Shown one piece after another: positions 13,569 to 26,110 of a stretch of DNA of 64,000 bases. The DNA lies in contig CP158635.1 in the NCBI GenBank assembly GCA_050273025.1, positions 6,324,001-6,388,000 on the forward strand, read 5' to 3'. The DNA is from Cenococcum geophilum (Eukaryota). The translations under genes and the position numbers were made by a program. How positions within the stretch are numbered: the stretch's first letter is position 1; every line of letters starts with the position of its first letter. Below the pieces are notes generated by a model. That model did no database searches. It saw only the letters and a program-made list of their open reading frames with translations, and was not told the origin of the DNA.

Positions 13569-16500
13569 CCCTAAAAACACTTTTAGCGAAACCAAATTTC
13601 CTGCGCCACTTCCCGTTTTCCTGACGGTCCTAGTTCCTAGGAATTTAAGTCTTAAGAGATAGGAGTTAGAGGAAGCTGTGGCTCTGTCAAGACTCCTATA
13701 TTAAAAAGATTGCTAATAACTTTCATTTAACTAACATACGCTTAATTAGTACACCTATAAGCACCGACGAGCTCCTACTAAATCCGGAGGAAGCTTTAAA
13801 ACAAGACATCTACGTCTACTAGAGGATGATCGGCTTACTCCTCTATGCGACCTATATTATAAGACCTAATGCAGCGAGAGCTTTAAGCAAGTTATCGGAA
13901 TTCCTATAAAACCCCTTACCCCTACACGACGCCGCAGCTCGTCAAGCAATTGCCTACCTATATCAGAAAAGGACCCTCGCGATTAAATACTTAGGACATA
14001 ATGTAGGGAGTTAGGTCTTTACGGGAGCAAGTGACGCAGCGTTTGGAGACGACTTAATAAGTAGACGTAGTACGGAAGGATATCTGTTCACCCTATTCGG
14101 GGGACTAATTAACTGGCGCTTTACTAAGCAGACGTTAGTAACAAAGTTAAGTATAGAGGTAGAGCTTATGGCTCTATTATACGCAGGAACAGAATTAATC
14201 TAGTGGGGTTGCTTCTTTAAAGAAATCGGATTAACCTTAGATAACAGGCAGACGATTAACTGCGACAATCTACAGACAATTCGACTGCTTATAAAAGACG
14301 GGCCAGAGCTATCTACGAAGCTCCAACACGTCGACATACACTACCACTGGTTACGTTAGGAAGTACGTAACGATCGAATTAGGATTAACTGGACGCCTAC
14401 TGCAGCAATGGTAGCAGACGGCTTAACAAAAGCTCTGCCAAGGCAGAAGCACGAGACATTTATTTATTAATTGAATTTGGTTAATATCAAGGAAAGGATC
14501 TAAATTGAAAAAGGTAAGCAAGGAGGAAGATATAGGGTATATTCGACTCAACACCATGCCAAGACCCGCGATACAGCTTTGACCCGTAGGGGCTCAAAGC
14601 TAGGGGGGTGTGTCGATCCAGATCGGGTTTTCTTACCACCGTCTTACTACCGTCTTACTACCGTCTTACTACTGTCTTTGATGCCTAGTGCCCTAGGTCT
14701 CACCACCCGTTTCTATTACCTATTTTGACTCAGTTGCCTGGACCTACCTCATGTATAAATAGCTTCTTTTCTTCATAGTTTGAATAGACAGAGAGTCCTC
14801 ATTCTTTACTTACTCATCGGTGCACGGACTACCGATCGACAGTTGGCCACACTGGCAAAAACTCCACCCTAAATTCAAGTGAGAATAGGGTCCTGAAATA
14901 TATGATTCTCTTGGCTGACTCTGTCGCTAACCGGCAGAATGTAACGGATTCCCATTCTTCTCTAGCCCAGGATGAGTCAAATCAACAGAGGAAACTTTGG
15001 CTTTAGCCATACGCCAATATTTACTAAGGTGGAGCGAAGTGGACAGTAGAAGCGTTGACGAGATGTCAAGCATCAATTCACAAATCTTCACAAATCTCCA
15101 CACAATCCTGTTTAGTACCAGGCCATATATGAACCACATCCTACACTATTGCCCCATACTACACAAAATAATGCTCCAAAATGCTGAGAAGCATGCTGAT
15201 ACTATGAGAATCTCATCGCCCTAGCCTTTTCCTTAGCCCGAGTTACCTCGTACAACGATGTTCACAGTCTTCTATTCAGCCTCTGCTGACACTTGACCAG
15301 ACCCACTTCCGAGATGGACAACTATTTGTTTCTCAAGGGGATACTGCAATGGATTTGTTACGTATCAGCACCTTAAGCATCCGTAATCTCTAGACTTTAG
15401 TCAATTAGCGAGTCCTCACTAGCATATCCGAATCGCGCCTCTTCATAGTATTCCCTATAGAACCCCAGTCTAAAGTCCACGCCGTGGCACACGAATCCCC
15501 AAAACCTGCTCAATTCACTGTGAGTTATTAGGCGACCAAGGAGAAGATGCCGGGGTATATCTGCTCGCATCGCGAACACCTGCCCACGAGTCAGTTCTCA
15601 ATTACTTCAAACCGGAGCAGCCCCTCCTCACTAGCACCACTCCGCCATGCAGTCCGACTTCCCCGTATTACGTCCTCTGCAGTTAAAGCATGTCGTCCCA
15701 ACGCTCACGTACGGCATGGTAACCCTCGCCTTCTACCACCTAAATAACGATAACAGCTACCAAGCATAGTTTCTGATGGGTGGAATACTGGTAGCAACAG
15801 TAATGGGCCTGTCGAGCGCAACAAATGTCCAAGGAGTAGTACTTAGTTTCGCATCGTGGTGTATTACCACCTGATTCTGAGTTCGTGTGCCCATCACATA
15901 ACGGGACGGTATCGCATGCAGGAGGTTATTGATGAAGAGACGCAAGACGAGAAAGACTATTCGCCGAGGTGGTCAGTGTTCGGCTTGCGAGAAAGATCCA
16001 ATCCCCAATCGAACCCCTCGTCGAATCCATCAATGGATCCCGACCTCTTCTTGCAAATGATGTCTATTACCTAACGTCCTCTCCAGTCTACTTAAATGCT
16101 AGCCAAACCCGTATATTTTCGCTTTGGCCTTTCTGAAGACGTAGAAAAATCGAGCAGGATACGCTGGAGGTTGTGCAATTTTCTATCGTATTTTTCTTAC
16201 ATTGAGCCCAGTCGTTTTTGGCGATGCTATCCTTTTTATCTCCTCCTTTCGTATATTTTCGATATTTCCCTACCTTATATAGTTCGAACATTTATAGGAG
16301 CTGCGTGTGCTGTTTTAGATTTCTGTTTGTCTTGCTGAGTAGGCACCTCAGGAGATTTGGGCCTTTTGGAGTAAACATTCAATCAATGATAATCCCATGC
16401 GATTCTCATCGAAATCATAGGCACTATTTTTAATACGTTTGAAATACCTAAGACATCATTTAGAGTAAGCATACTGACGTGGAACATATAGAATATCTGA

Positions 16501-18550
16501 TTCTCTTGACTTTTCCCTTGATAAGTCCGTGGAACGTAACAGATTCTTACTTTCTTTAATCAAGAGTAACCTAAAGACAGGGCAGCTGTACCTTTAACAA
16601 TGTACTGATCCTGAAAGCGGAGCCAAAGTGTCGATCGAGTGGCGATTGCGAACTGTCGTCGTCAGCCTCGTCGTCAGCCTTTCGCCACCTACCTCGTGTA
16701 TATAATGAGACTCTAAAGCCTCTTGCAATAAGACAGAGTCCTCATTCTTGATCGCCCGTTCGACACGAAGTACTAAGTAAGATATGTGCAAACCTTTCGT
16801 TACAAAGTGGTATTGTAGATTACGCACTAAAAATGAGTTCGAAGTTCTTCAAATCCTCTACATTGGATTATATATGAACTGCAGCGTTACGTTGTAAAGC
16901 TACCATGCAATAAAAAGAATTCCTCGAAAAAGTTTTGGAGCGAGCTCATACACACCGGACTCCGTTCACACTGACCCTTGTTTCGATCTGTCAACACTAG
17001 ACCACGCCAGCCCTTTCAAGTAAGAAGAATGAGTATTTGTTTCTTGAAGTAGTATCGTAATGGTTTGGTGGCTTACAGAGGTTTCGGCAAATTAGCGAAT
17101 GCTCATTAGCATCGCAGGCCTAGCACTCCCTTTACAGAGTCCCCCCTCCACGATCGAAGTCGGAAGTCGGCACGCAAATTTCCAGAGACTCGAACTACCC
17201 TCTCAATTTCCTCTAAGCCGCCAGCCTGGCTCTTGAGCAGAAGCCGAGGAATTTCTCACTGCTGCTCTGCCTACGAGTCAGTTCTCAACTACTTTAACCC
17301 GGAGCAGTCCCTCCTCACTAGCACCGCTCCACCATGCAGTTAGGCTTCCCCGTATTACATTCTCTGCAGTTAAGGCATGGGGTGATGCATCCCCACCAGC
17401 GCTGCCTCCATCCTTGCTCTCCACCAGAACCCTTGATGCTCTTCATTTCGCCGTAAACCACAGCCTCAGTCGGAGTTTGTCCCCGCCAATCCACACTATC
17501 CGTGCCCTGCATAAGAGCCTCGGACATGTGCAAGCCAGGATAAACCCGCAAATATATTAATCGGGCACCCTTCTAGAAACCACCTTGTTTTCTACCGAGC
17601 TGCTTGATTGGATTTAGAGCAGCCCCACCACAGCCTGGAGGGCCGGCAGCCACTCGCTAGCATCCGAAACCATCCGCCGCCTCCGCAAACGGTTCATCCC
17701 GTCGCACTCCACATTCCCGCTACCCCACCTCCCCTCCGATCGACGCTGATACTAAGGTCATTCCACGCTACGCTACACGAGTAAGCAGACTGAGGCCTTG
17801 GGGAGCAACCTAAATCTTCGGTATTTTTTTGGTCTGAGTGTAGGGGGACATAGGGTGGCTCGAGCTCGAGCTTGCGTGTTGGAGATTTACGAGTACACGA
17901 TTTTGACTTTGGGCTCGCCCAAGTAACTTAATAGTAGTTCCACAGAAAAAAAGAGAAAGAAAAAAACGCCATCTCCGGTTTTTTTCCAAGCCGTTTTCCC
18001 CTCCTGCTCTCGCTGAGGATGGGGGTTTTCCCATCCCGCCGCACCGTTTCGTGTGGTTTCATCCTCCTAGCCCGTCGTTAACAAAAAGGTTAGATAAAAG
18101 GTCAAATATTTAGAGGGTATAAGCAGAAGTGAAAAAAAAACCGAAAGCACGGTAAGCAAGCGCGCAGCTAGTGCGCAGCTCGCTTCTTGTGGAGATAGGG
18201 GGAAATGTATAGATACAGGGAATAAAGGTGGTGCAAGCGCATGACAGCGCAAGGGTTAAGATGAACATTGTGCGATACAATCCAATCTAGACAAGCGAGG
18301 AGTCATCCTCTGTTTCCTTTTATTGACGGCTCAGCTACCGGACTGTTGTGAAACTTAGGTATTCTTTGACTGAGCAGTCGTATATAGTGGATGTGGCCGT
18401 CCAGGCATGTGTTGCGCAAGTGTTAACAAAAGTAGTCATTCACTCCGAAATGAGGGCGCTAAGGCAGGCCAAATTAACTTTCCACGTGTCGGGATCGAGC
18501 CTAATTTCTGTGGCGTTGACTAGGGTGCGCACAGGCGTCCGACTCAACTC

Positions 18551-21082
18551 TCAGCCGAGAGAGCTCATGAAACCATCTTTAACCAGGGCGGTCGGGTCAT
18601 AGGACTGTGCGGCGGAGTTCTGCAGTTGCTTTTGGGCAGCAGCAGCAGTTGCCTGAGCTACTGCAGCCTCACTAGCAGCGGCAACAGCTGCTGTGACGTC
18701 ATTCTTGGTTTCCGTCGGGGCACCATTACCGCCGCTGCTGGCTGGACGACCTGCGTCCGCGCCCTCACGTTCACCAACGGCCGCTGCAGCCAGATGTTGA
18801 AGACCTGCCATATTTGGTTGAGTTCCAGAACCTTGCTGCTCTGTTGAAGGGGCTTTCTTCTGGTGCAGCAGGTCTCGAATTGCAGCATCCCATCCTGGTC
18901 CTTCCACGCCCCTGTGAACTATACTGCCATTGGCGATAGCGTCATCCATTTCAGCAATCGCATTTAGAGCCTCAAGCTGAGTCTCGGGGCGATCTGCAAG
19001 CTCGGTTAGAGAAGTGGCAACAAGACTACCCAGTATATGGTTAAGGGGAGAAATCGGAGGATGGATGAGATTAGCCATGAGCTCCTTTGTTAGAGCAAGA
19101 ATATCACTAGGTGCAGTGAATAGAGAAAGGCGTGCAACAATGATGCGCAAGTACTGGTAGGCCAAATGGGGAGGAGAATTGCTCAAGAGATTGGTCAAAT
19201 CTAGGGACTCCTTGAAACGAGCTAGTTGGCCATTCAGATACAAGGATGGCGCAGACGTCGAAGTCATAGTGGCAAAGGCGTGCGGGGATTGAGGTTCAAT
19301 GTTTGGAATACTGTTCGTCCGAATTAAATAGGCGATCTGACCCACTATGTCTGAAGCGCCTTTACGATGTTAGTATGCATGAGAAAAGGAGGGATACTGC
19401 TTACGGGCAAGATGATAGCCGATTTCGCCAAGCGCGTTAAAGTCATCACGGGATACACTGCCGCAGAATAAGGGCATGAGCAAATCCTTGGACATGCTGG
19501 AGGCGTGGAAACGGTCTAGAATGAACACAGTCCAAAATAGTCGACGGGCAACGTCTACCGCCTCTGGGTCCTGCTCCCGAACGCTTTGGATCATTTTCGC
19601 ATCGTTTAGACCTAACTGGGAAATTCGACCGGCCGTCCGGCCAAGCAGTTCAGCTGAACTATTCATCGCCCCGGGGCCGGACTTGTCGGACGCAAACGCC
19701 AAGAAAGCGAGGGATTGCGTGTATACGAGATGGTTATAGAACCGACGGGCTGAATCGCCATCATCCAGAGTATGTTGAGCTTTCTCTACTAGGTCTAGAG
19801 TGCGGTGCAAAAGCTGTACAATACTAACTTCAGCCTGCGGGAGGCCTGAAGCGGAAAAAGAACGGACCGCACATTCCAAAGCCTGAAAGAAAGCGTCTCG
19901 TAGCCCCGCCGGGCAACCTGTCAAGCGATTCAGTGATGAAGAGTCTGCCGCTAAGATTGGTAGCGTAGGATGGATCAAGTGGTAGTAACTTAAGGCTATT
20001 AGCAATCAGCTGAATCGTGTGGAAGAATGCTTACGCTTTGAGAACACCCTCGTTCGAACCTTGTATCAAGCTGCCTGCTAATGCAATATCTCCGAAAGAA
20101 TTACTCATCCGCCTATATCCACCTTGAGCGGCACCATTGGGAGAATATTGGTCTCCGACAAGTGCTAGATCAATATTAGAAAAGGCGTTAGGGATTGGCG
20201 GGAAGTCATATATACCACGCTGAGTTGAGTCCTGGCCAGACCATCCCATAGCGGGACGGTGTCCTGGGCCATAGGGGTCCGGTAAGCCTTCTGATATTGA
20301 GTGAGTACGTTTCCTTGAATACTGAGTTGGTGTTTGCATGTCTGGCAAGCCGGATAAACCCTGATCCCCCATGCCAACGTAAGGAATGTCATATCCAGGC
20401 TGGGGAGGAGGGTGCGGATTTGCGATTTGGCTTTCAAGTGTATTTAGCCGGTCTGCTAACTCTTTGATATATCTGCGGATAGGATTAGCGATTCAAGTTG
20501 TATACAAGACTAAATTTAGCGCACCCTTTGCTAGGTCCTCGCTTCATTGGTTGGCGACTGAATTGACATCGTGCGCCGGTACGCTTGCAGCTCGAACACG
20601 CTTCGGGTCCATTCTCAGAGGTGGCATCGCACCGAATCTACAGAAATTCAGCAAGGATTGCGCATTTAGGATGAACAAATCCGTCTCACTTTCTTCCTTC
20701 GGCATTCGTCACAGGCTCTTGATACCTTTGAACGCTTTCGTTGGCTGGAGGATACGTCCGGGTGTTCGCCATAAGGAGCATGGTCTTCAAGGTTCATGAC
20801 AGTTTGCGCCATTTGCTGTGGTGAGTGCGTGGGCCGATTCGGAGTTTGGAGGTGATGATGAGACGCGTTCATAGGGTTTTCCTGCGGGGGGCCAGCTGAC
20901 ATCATGGCACTGCGTGATAGATGCTGCGAGAGGTTTTCCTGCAGCTGCAACTCCGGATCTACTTGCTGGTGTTGTGGTTGGGGAGGCGACATTCCTCCGT
21001 TCTGATTGTTCACGTAGAGGCCAGCAGAGGCACCTCCTGCTTGCGCGGCGTCAGGATCGGGGTATGATCCGCCAGACGCCAT
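18551..21082 (-). CDS. RGT1: Rgt1-like glucose-responsive Zn(II)2Cys6 transcription factor
   Basis: ATG at 21082. Spliced domain RKRSKVSRACDECRRKK|IRCDATSENGPEACSSCKRTGARCQFSRQPMKRGPSKG|YIKEL matches the Rgt1 KRGPSKGY signature. Introns 20689-20638, 20524-20473, probable 20215-20165, 20034-19989, 19404-19360. C-terminal fungal TF domain (RRLFWTVFILDRFHA). Confidence 0.85.
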
Positions 21083-23400
21083 GGTTTTGTCGCGGGGAAC
21101 GAGTTTAAAGGGCACTGGCAGACAATAGATGGGGTGGACCGGGTGGAAGCTTTTCCGCGCGGATAGAGATGATGGCGCTTCGAGATGTGCGGGCGGTGGT
21201 GGAGGAGGAAGAAAGTGAGCAACGGAGACCGAGGCGCGTGTGGTTTTTCACCTTGAGCGAGGTCGCGCTTTACGCCATCTGTACTAGCGCATTAGAGGAT
21301 GAAGGCAGCCGCATCATGAAAGCGCGGCGACCAAAAATAAGAGGTTAACGCAGCAATGGATTCATTTCGAAGCCGCCATGATTGCATCCAAGTGTTCCTC
21401 TTTCGAGTATGCACGTTTGTTGTTGGTGATCGCGCCGGGTCGGGAGAACCTGTGCTCCTCATCGGTCCTGAAACGGAGCGAGCGGAAGGAGGCTGCTCCC
21501 GTCACGGTGAGAAGGGCTTTGGGCAAGCTGACTGGATTGCGAGTATGGAATTTCTATTTAATGCCCGAGCCTTCCTCTCGCCGTCTGCATGCTTCTATTT
21601 CCCGTCATCTAAACACGTATAAAGAGGTACATGGGAATGTGTACGGCGATGCTGCGGCGATGCTGTCAACCGTTCCACTCTCCTTCGGCGTCTTGTGGTC
21701 CATTTTATCCGAAGGGCGGGGGAGTTTTCCTGAAGAGGTACGCTGTGCAAGACGGAATAACTGCGCCCTTGTGCTCCGAGCTGCCCAGCGTTGAAGCCCG
21801 CCGCGTCGAATTGGTGAAAGCCATGGCATGCACTCCTGCTTGAAACGTCCAACTGCAGAAACCGCTGCCATGCTGGACCGTGAAATGTTATACACGTACC
21901 TGGTTGTTTCAGGCTGGGCTGGCCAGCCCCAGATCCCGCAGTTTGCTCATATTGATGCCATTGCTCCATGGCTGCATGGCTACATGGCTCCATCTGGAGC
22001 ATGTGCCTCGGCACTGCATTGATTCGCACAAAGATACCTCGGGGATGTAGCTACTGTTATTGTACAATCTCTGGTCTCACGGATCACCTGCATGGAGCCC
22101 CGAAGCTGGGCGCAATATAGCAGCCCACAATGTTCCTGAAAGTAGTGGCACAACTAGTAAGGAACATGCCGGCTGCCATTCGCTGCAGAGAATTCACTAA
22201 GAACACACTCTGTGGATCACCGGCTTGGCAACCGTCCCCCATCAACGCCAATCAATAGCGTCACCAACAGGCGGAGGAAAAAAACACTTTTCAGTTAAAG
22301 CATTGCTTATACCAAACCGATGGAATCGTGGCCTGCGTTGTCAAGGCGCTGTAGTGCTCACGACGTCGCGTGATGCTGGCGGTTGCGCAAGCTCATCTTC
22401 AGATCACAAAAGAAACGTTGTCAGAGTGCCCGTCACGTTCGCTGTTGTCCCAGCGAGGACTGGCTTAGTCGTAGGCTGGAGCGGGTTAGGTCCTCAGTAA
22501 GCGCGGGTGCGACTGCAAGTCATCGGTCTGGGGGAGTGCGAGTACGGTGGCAATCAAAACCCACGGTGGGTGCGGTCGCACGGGCAGTAGCAGAAAGCAT
22601 GGGGTTCGAAGGGGTCGAGGGGGGTTGAGGCGGGCGGAGGGTCGTGCCTGGAGAATGCTGGTGACAGGCATTGCGAAAGCGACAGCGCTGGGGCGATGGA
22701 GACGCAGCGATGCAGCGATGCAGCTGGAGGCACCGTCTTCAGTCTGGGGGGGGGCTGGCTGGGCTGCAGGCCTCATGAATCTGCGCAAGGCAGCCGGCAG
22801 GGTCCAAGTGCCGTGCTCGCTCACGATGCCTGATCTCAGCAGCGGTGGGTGAAGAAAAAGAATCGGGGTCGTGCTTGTCAGTGTCAAATGGCGATTGACT
22901 AGCCCTGTTGCGTCGCTGCAACTAAAACCCGGCCATCCTCCATCTTCGAGCCCTCTACTCTCGTTCTTGCCTTCTCCTCAACAACCTCCCATCACCGGAT
23001 TTACCACATAGCTTGTCGTTTTGGTCGCTCCAAAGCGTTCCTGGTCCAACGCGTTACGGCCAGCGCCTTCTGGTGCACGGCTTGGCCTCATCTGCCCTCT
23101 ACCTCCATTCCACTCCACTCTTGGCTCTACCCGGTGTCGTCGGCGGCGTTTGACGGTCCTCTGCTGCTCTGCAAGGCGTTTTTACTGTCCCATACATAGA
23201 TACCCGACTCGTTTATTTGGATCTTCTTTGCTCGGTTGCTTGCGACTTATCTATTCTTCCTCTCCCGCCGGCTTGCAGCGATCAGCGACTTCGCCTGTCG
23301 TTGAACCCATACGTTTTTTTCTCATTTAGCCTCACATACAGATCATCCGACCGACCGCGTCCAGTCTGCCTCGACCGCTCTCGGCCGTAATCTTCCAAGC

Positions 23401-25130
23401 ATGCCTGTTATCGATGGAGAGAAGTTTGCCTGTGCCTCTTGCATTAAGGGCCATCGTGTTAGCGGTTGCACGCATTCGGGTATATCTCCTCGACCACGTT
23501 TGCTGACGCAATGATGTTTTTGCTGGAAAACAAATCATAGGCTGAACTTTATATCTTAGATCGGGAGCTTCACCACATAAACCCCAAGGGCCGTCCTGTT
23601 AAACAATGCGAGCATTGTCGTGGTGCTCGCAAGTCCAAGTCCCACCACGCCAAATGCGATTGTGGTGACAAAAAGGACAAGGCCAAAGACAAGGGCGATT
23701 TGAAGGGTGAGAATCTAGATGATACTGGTGTCGATGGGGTCTCTAATCATGCTGCAGTCGATGAAACTAGCTGCTGCTGTCACCACGGCACTAAATGCAT
23801 CTGCGGCTTGAAGAAGGACAGTCTCGACCTGAAGCTAGACACTAGCTCTTTGAAGCTCGCTCAGCACGGAGCGAAGGCTAAGCCTAGACTTACTACAACA
23901 CACTCAGAAAGCACTTTAACAGTCTTCGCGAACGGCCATCACAAGCGTTGTCACAGGTTGAACAACGCTGCTCACGTTTCCGGCGCTCCATACAAGATTC
24001 CACGGGCTCATACTTTGCACGGTTCGTCTGCTCTTGGCCACCACTCGCACGACAGCATAGAGCGATTTTATGGACGGTCAGACGTCCCCGCTCAACGCTC
24101 GGTCGATACTCTCCCGCTGTCGGACAATAGTTTTTACGGCATTTTTGGCTCTGCTCAACGCTCAGTCGACAGCCTCCCTCTTACTCCCTTGACTGGGACA
24201 CTTGAGGTCAATGGCACTAAATATGACCCGCCGAAGTCCGTGTACAACAGCCAGCCTATCAATGCGGTTGCTAGTCAAGATTGCAGCTCCCCTAGCGACA
24301 GCCATCTCAGTGACACTTTTTCTCAGCAGTGGCCTTGGATGAACTCAATCATTCCGAGTAATGGCCAATTCGGGTTGGATAGCTTGTCGACTTCTCCATC
24401 GCAGGAATTTCTCCCAAATTCAGAGAATGATTGGGCTATTCCTTCTGCCGGGCTGAACAATCCTTTGTGGTCGGCTGGGGACCTTCCTCTGGACCCCAGC
24501 AAGCTTATCAACAATGGCACCCAGCCCACCTCCCACAGCGGAGAATCCAATCGACACAGCCTTCCAGGCTTGACTGTGTCTTCTTCCGGTGCACAGTCTG
24601 AGATTGGTGAACCCGCACTCTTTGGAGATGTGGATGTCAGGAATCCAACCTCTGCGGCCAACGATCCGATTTACTGGGATGATACCGTGCAATTGCGTGA
24701 CCCTCCAGCATACCGCATGAGCTCCACATCCATGGTTAACGACCTTGGCCCGGCTCCTACGTCGATGCCTACCAATGACTCCCGTAGTTCTCTTGACTCG
24801 GCGTATTTGAGGCGTTCGAACGACAATCTTTTCTTTGAGCAGGAGCCTAGGTTTGATTCAGACGCGACCTCTTATCAATCCCCTACCGTCGAGGATATCC
24901 AATCATCAAAGGCACTCTCAAGCCCTTCGACCTATGCAGCTGCCACCACGCGATCCGATAGCTCTACAGCTTACTCGGCAGTCGATTACAGTGCACCTCG
25001 GTCTATTGCTATTCCGAACAGCATTGATGATATTGTCACTAGCAACCCCTGGAGCTTTTGCCTCCCATCTCTAGAGGCGCCTATTGACGGTGGTCTTGAG
25101 ATGACAAACTCATACCCGATATGGTTATGA
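23401..25130 (+). CDS. Copper-fist transcription factor (Ace1/Cup2/Haa1 family, AceA-like)
   Basis: MPVIDGEKFACASCIKGHRVSGCTHS|DRELHHINPKGRPVKQCEHCRGARKSKSHHAKCDC copper fist, CCCHHGTKCIC cluster, LTVFANGHHK motif. Introns 23480-23559 and probable 23707-23757. Confidence 0.9.
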
Positions 25131-26045
25131 CAAATGGCCCAAATAGAATGCCCGTTCAGACTCGTCACACCCCACCCCTTCGTCACAAATTCACGACGCC
25201 ATGACTCATGACGATGTTGATCCGAATGATATCTGTCACTACCGGAAACCATTTAAACCTTTAAGTGTCGAGTGTCTCCGACTACCCTTGCACATTTGCA
25301 CCCTTTGTAGCCCCGGCTCGCCTGTGTATATTTCCTGATCCGAGCCTATCTACCTGACCCCTGTGTCATTTTTACTCCTTTTACAACTGCTTCTTTTCTT
25401 CCCTTTCTAGCGTATCCGCGTGCAAACAAATGGAAAGCAAGCGTGCGTTTATGTCATATTGCGGTCGGCGGACAAGTGATATCAGAAGGCGGCGGCATAT
25501 GTGGGGGTTTCTAAAATAATAGACTGGGAATACCGGAGTTACATGTCTTTGTGTTTATTAGCTAGGTCGGAATCAGATGAAAATTCGTTTGCTATCTAGA
25601 ACATGCTGCTAACGTGTGCACCTTTGAGATGCCGTTGTGAAAGAAGGCAATCGGTTTTAATGCGGGTGGGTGGGTGCAGTTGCTCAGCCTCGATACAGCT
25701 GACGTTGCAAAGCAGTCGTGTAAGGCTGAACCCCCACAAACGCCTTCCATACAGAGTTTTCAAAGCACCTATCACAGGAGCTGATTCGCACTGTGACCAT
25801 TGCTACCTCCACACTCTCCCACGCCCAGATATCCTGTGGCCCGTATCGCTCACGAATCCTTCAAGCCGAGCCTCCAAAGTCAAACCATCACGAATAGCTT
25901 CTCCTAGAGTCCCAAGCAGCAGGTTCCTCACTGACAACGCGACCAGCGCGACCCCTGCCCCAAGTCACGGACGCGGGCCTTCCTCAAATTTCCAACTAGA
26001 AAATTTTCTCACGCGTAGCTCCATCTAGCTATATGTGTAATTATA

Positions 26046-26110
26046 TGTCGAGAGTTGTTCCAAAAGAAATACGGAAGGTGTCGAGAGTCGTTCCAAAAGA
26101 AACACGGAAA
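26046..26110 (+). repeat. 33-bp tandem duplication
   Basis: TGTCGAGAGTTGTTCCAAAAGAAATACGGAAGG followed by TGTCGAGAGTCGTTCCAAAAGAAACACGGAAA. Confidence 0.9.

Larger units (their letters stand above)
12207..13626. mobile_element. Non-autonomous TIR element (CACTA-like) inserted in Copia RT
   Basis: Ends TGTTAGGAAAACGGGA / TCCCGTTTTCCTGACG, with GT on both sides. Removal restores RT codons KDLG(E)L|S(W)FLGI. GGGGCTAGC subterminal repeats at both ends. Confidence 0.8.
8146..14841 (+). mobile_element. Full-length Ty1/Copia LTR retrotransposon, RIP-inactivated
   Basis: 231-bp LTRs 8146-8376 and 14611-14841. TSD GTTAG/GTTGG. PBS-like GTTATAAGCCC. Gag knuckle CYCGDV(H)WF(S)EC ~9367, protease IL(D)NGTTIH ~9673, integrase W(H)KRLG(H)/CESC 10088-10194, RT, RNase H ASDAAFGD ~14027 and ADGLTKAL ~14414. 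PPT AGGGGGGTG. Confidence 0.95.

Noticed and set aside
14927..16827. Short ORFs next to the repeat block as candidate secreted effectors
   Set aside because: No convincing signal peptide plus Cys pattern or intron structure that I could assemble.
21356..23329. Many overlapping 60-144 aa ORFs between the two TFs
   Set aside because: Both strands, no domains; expected in GC-rich promoter and UTR sequence.
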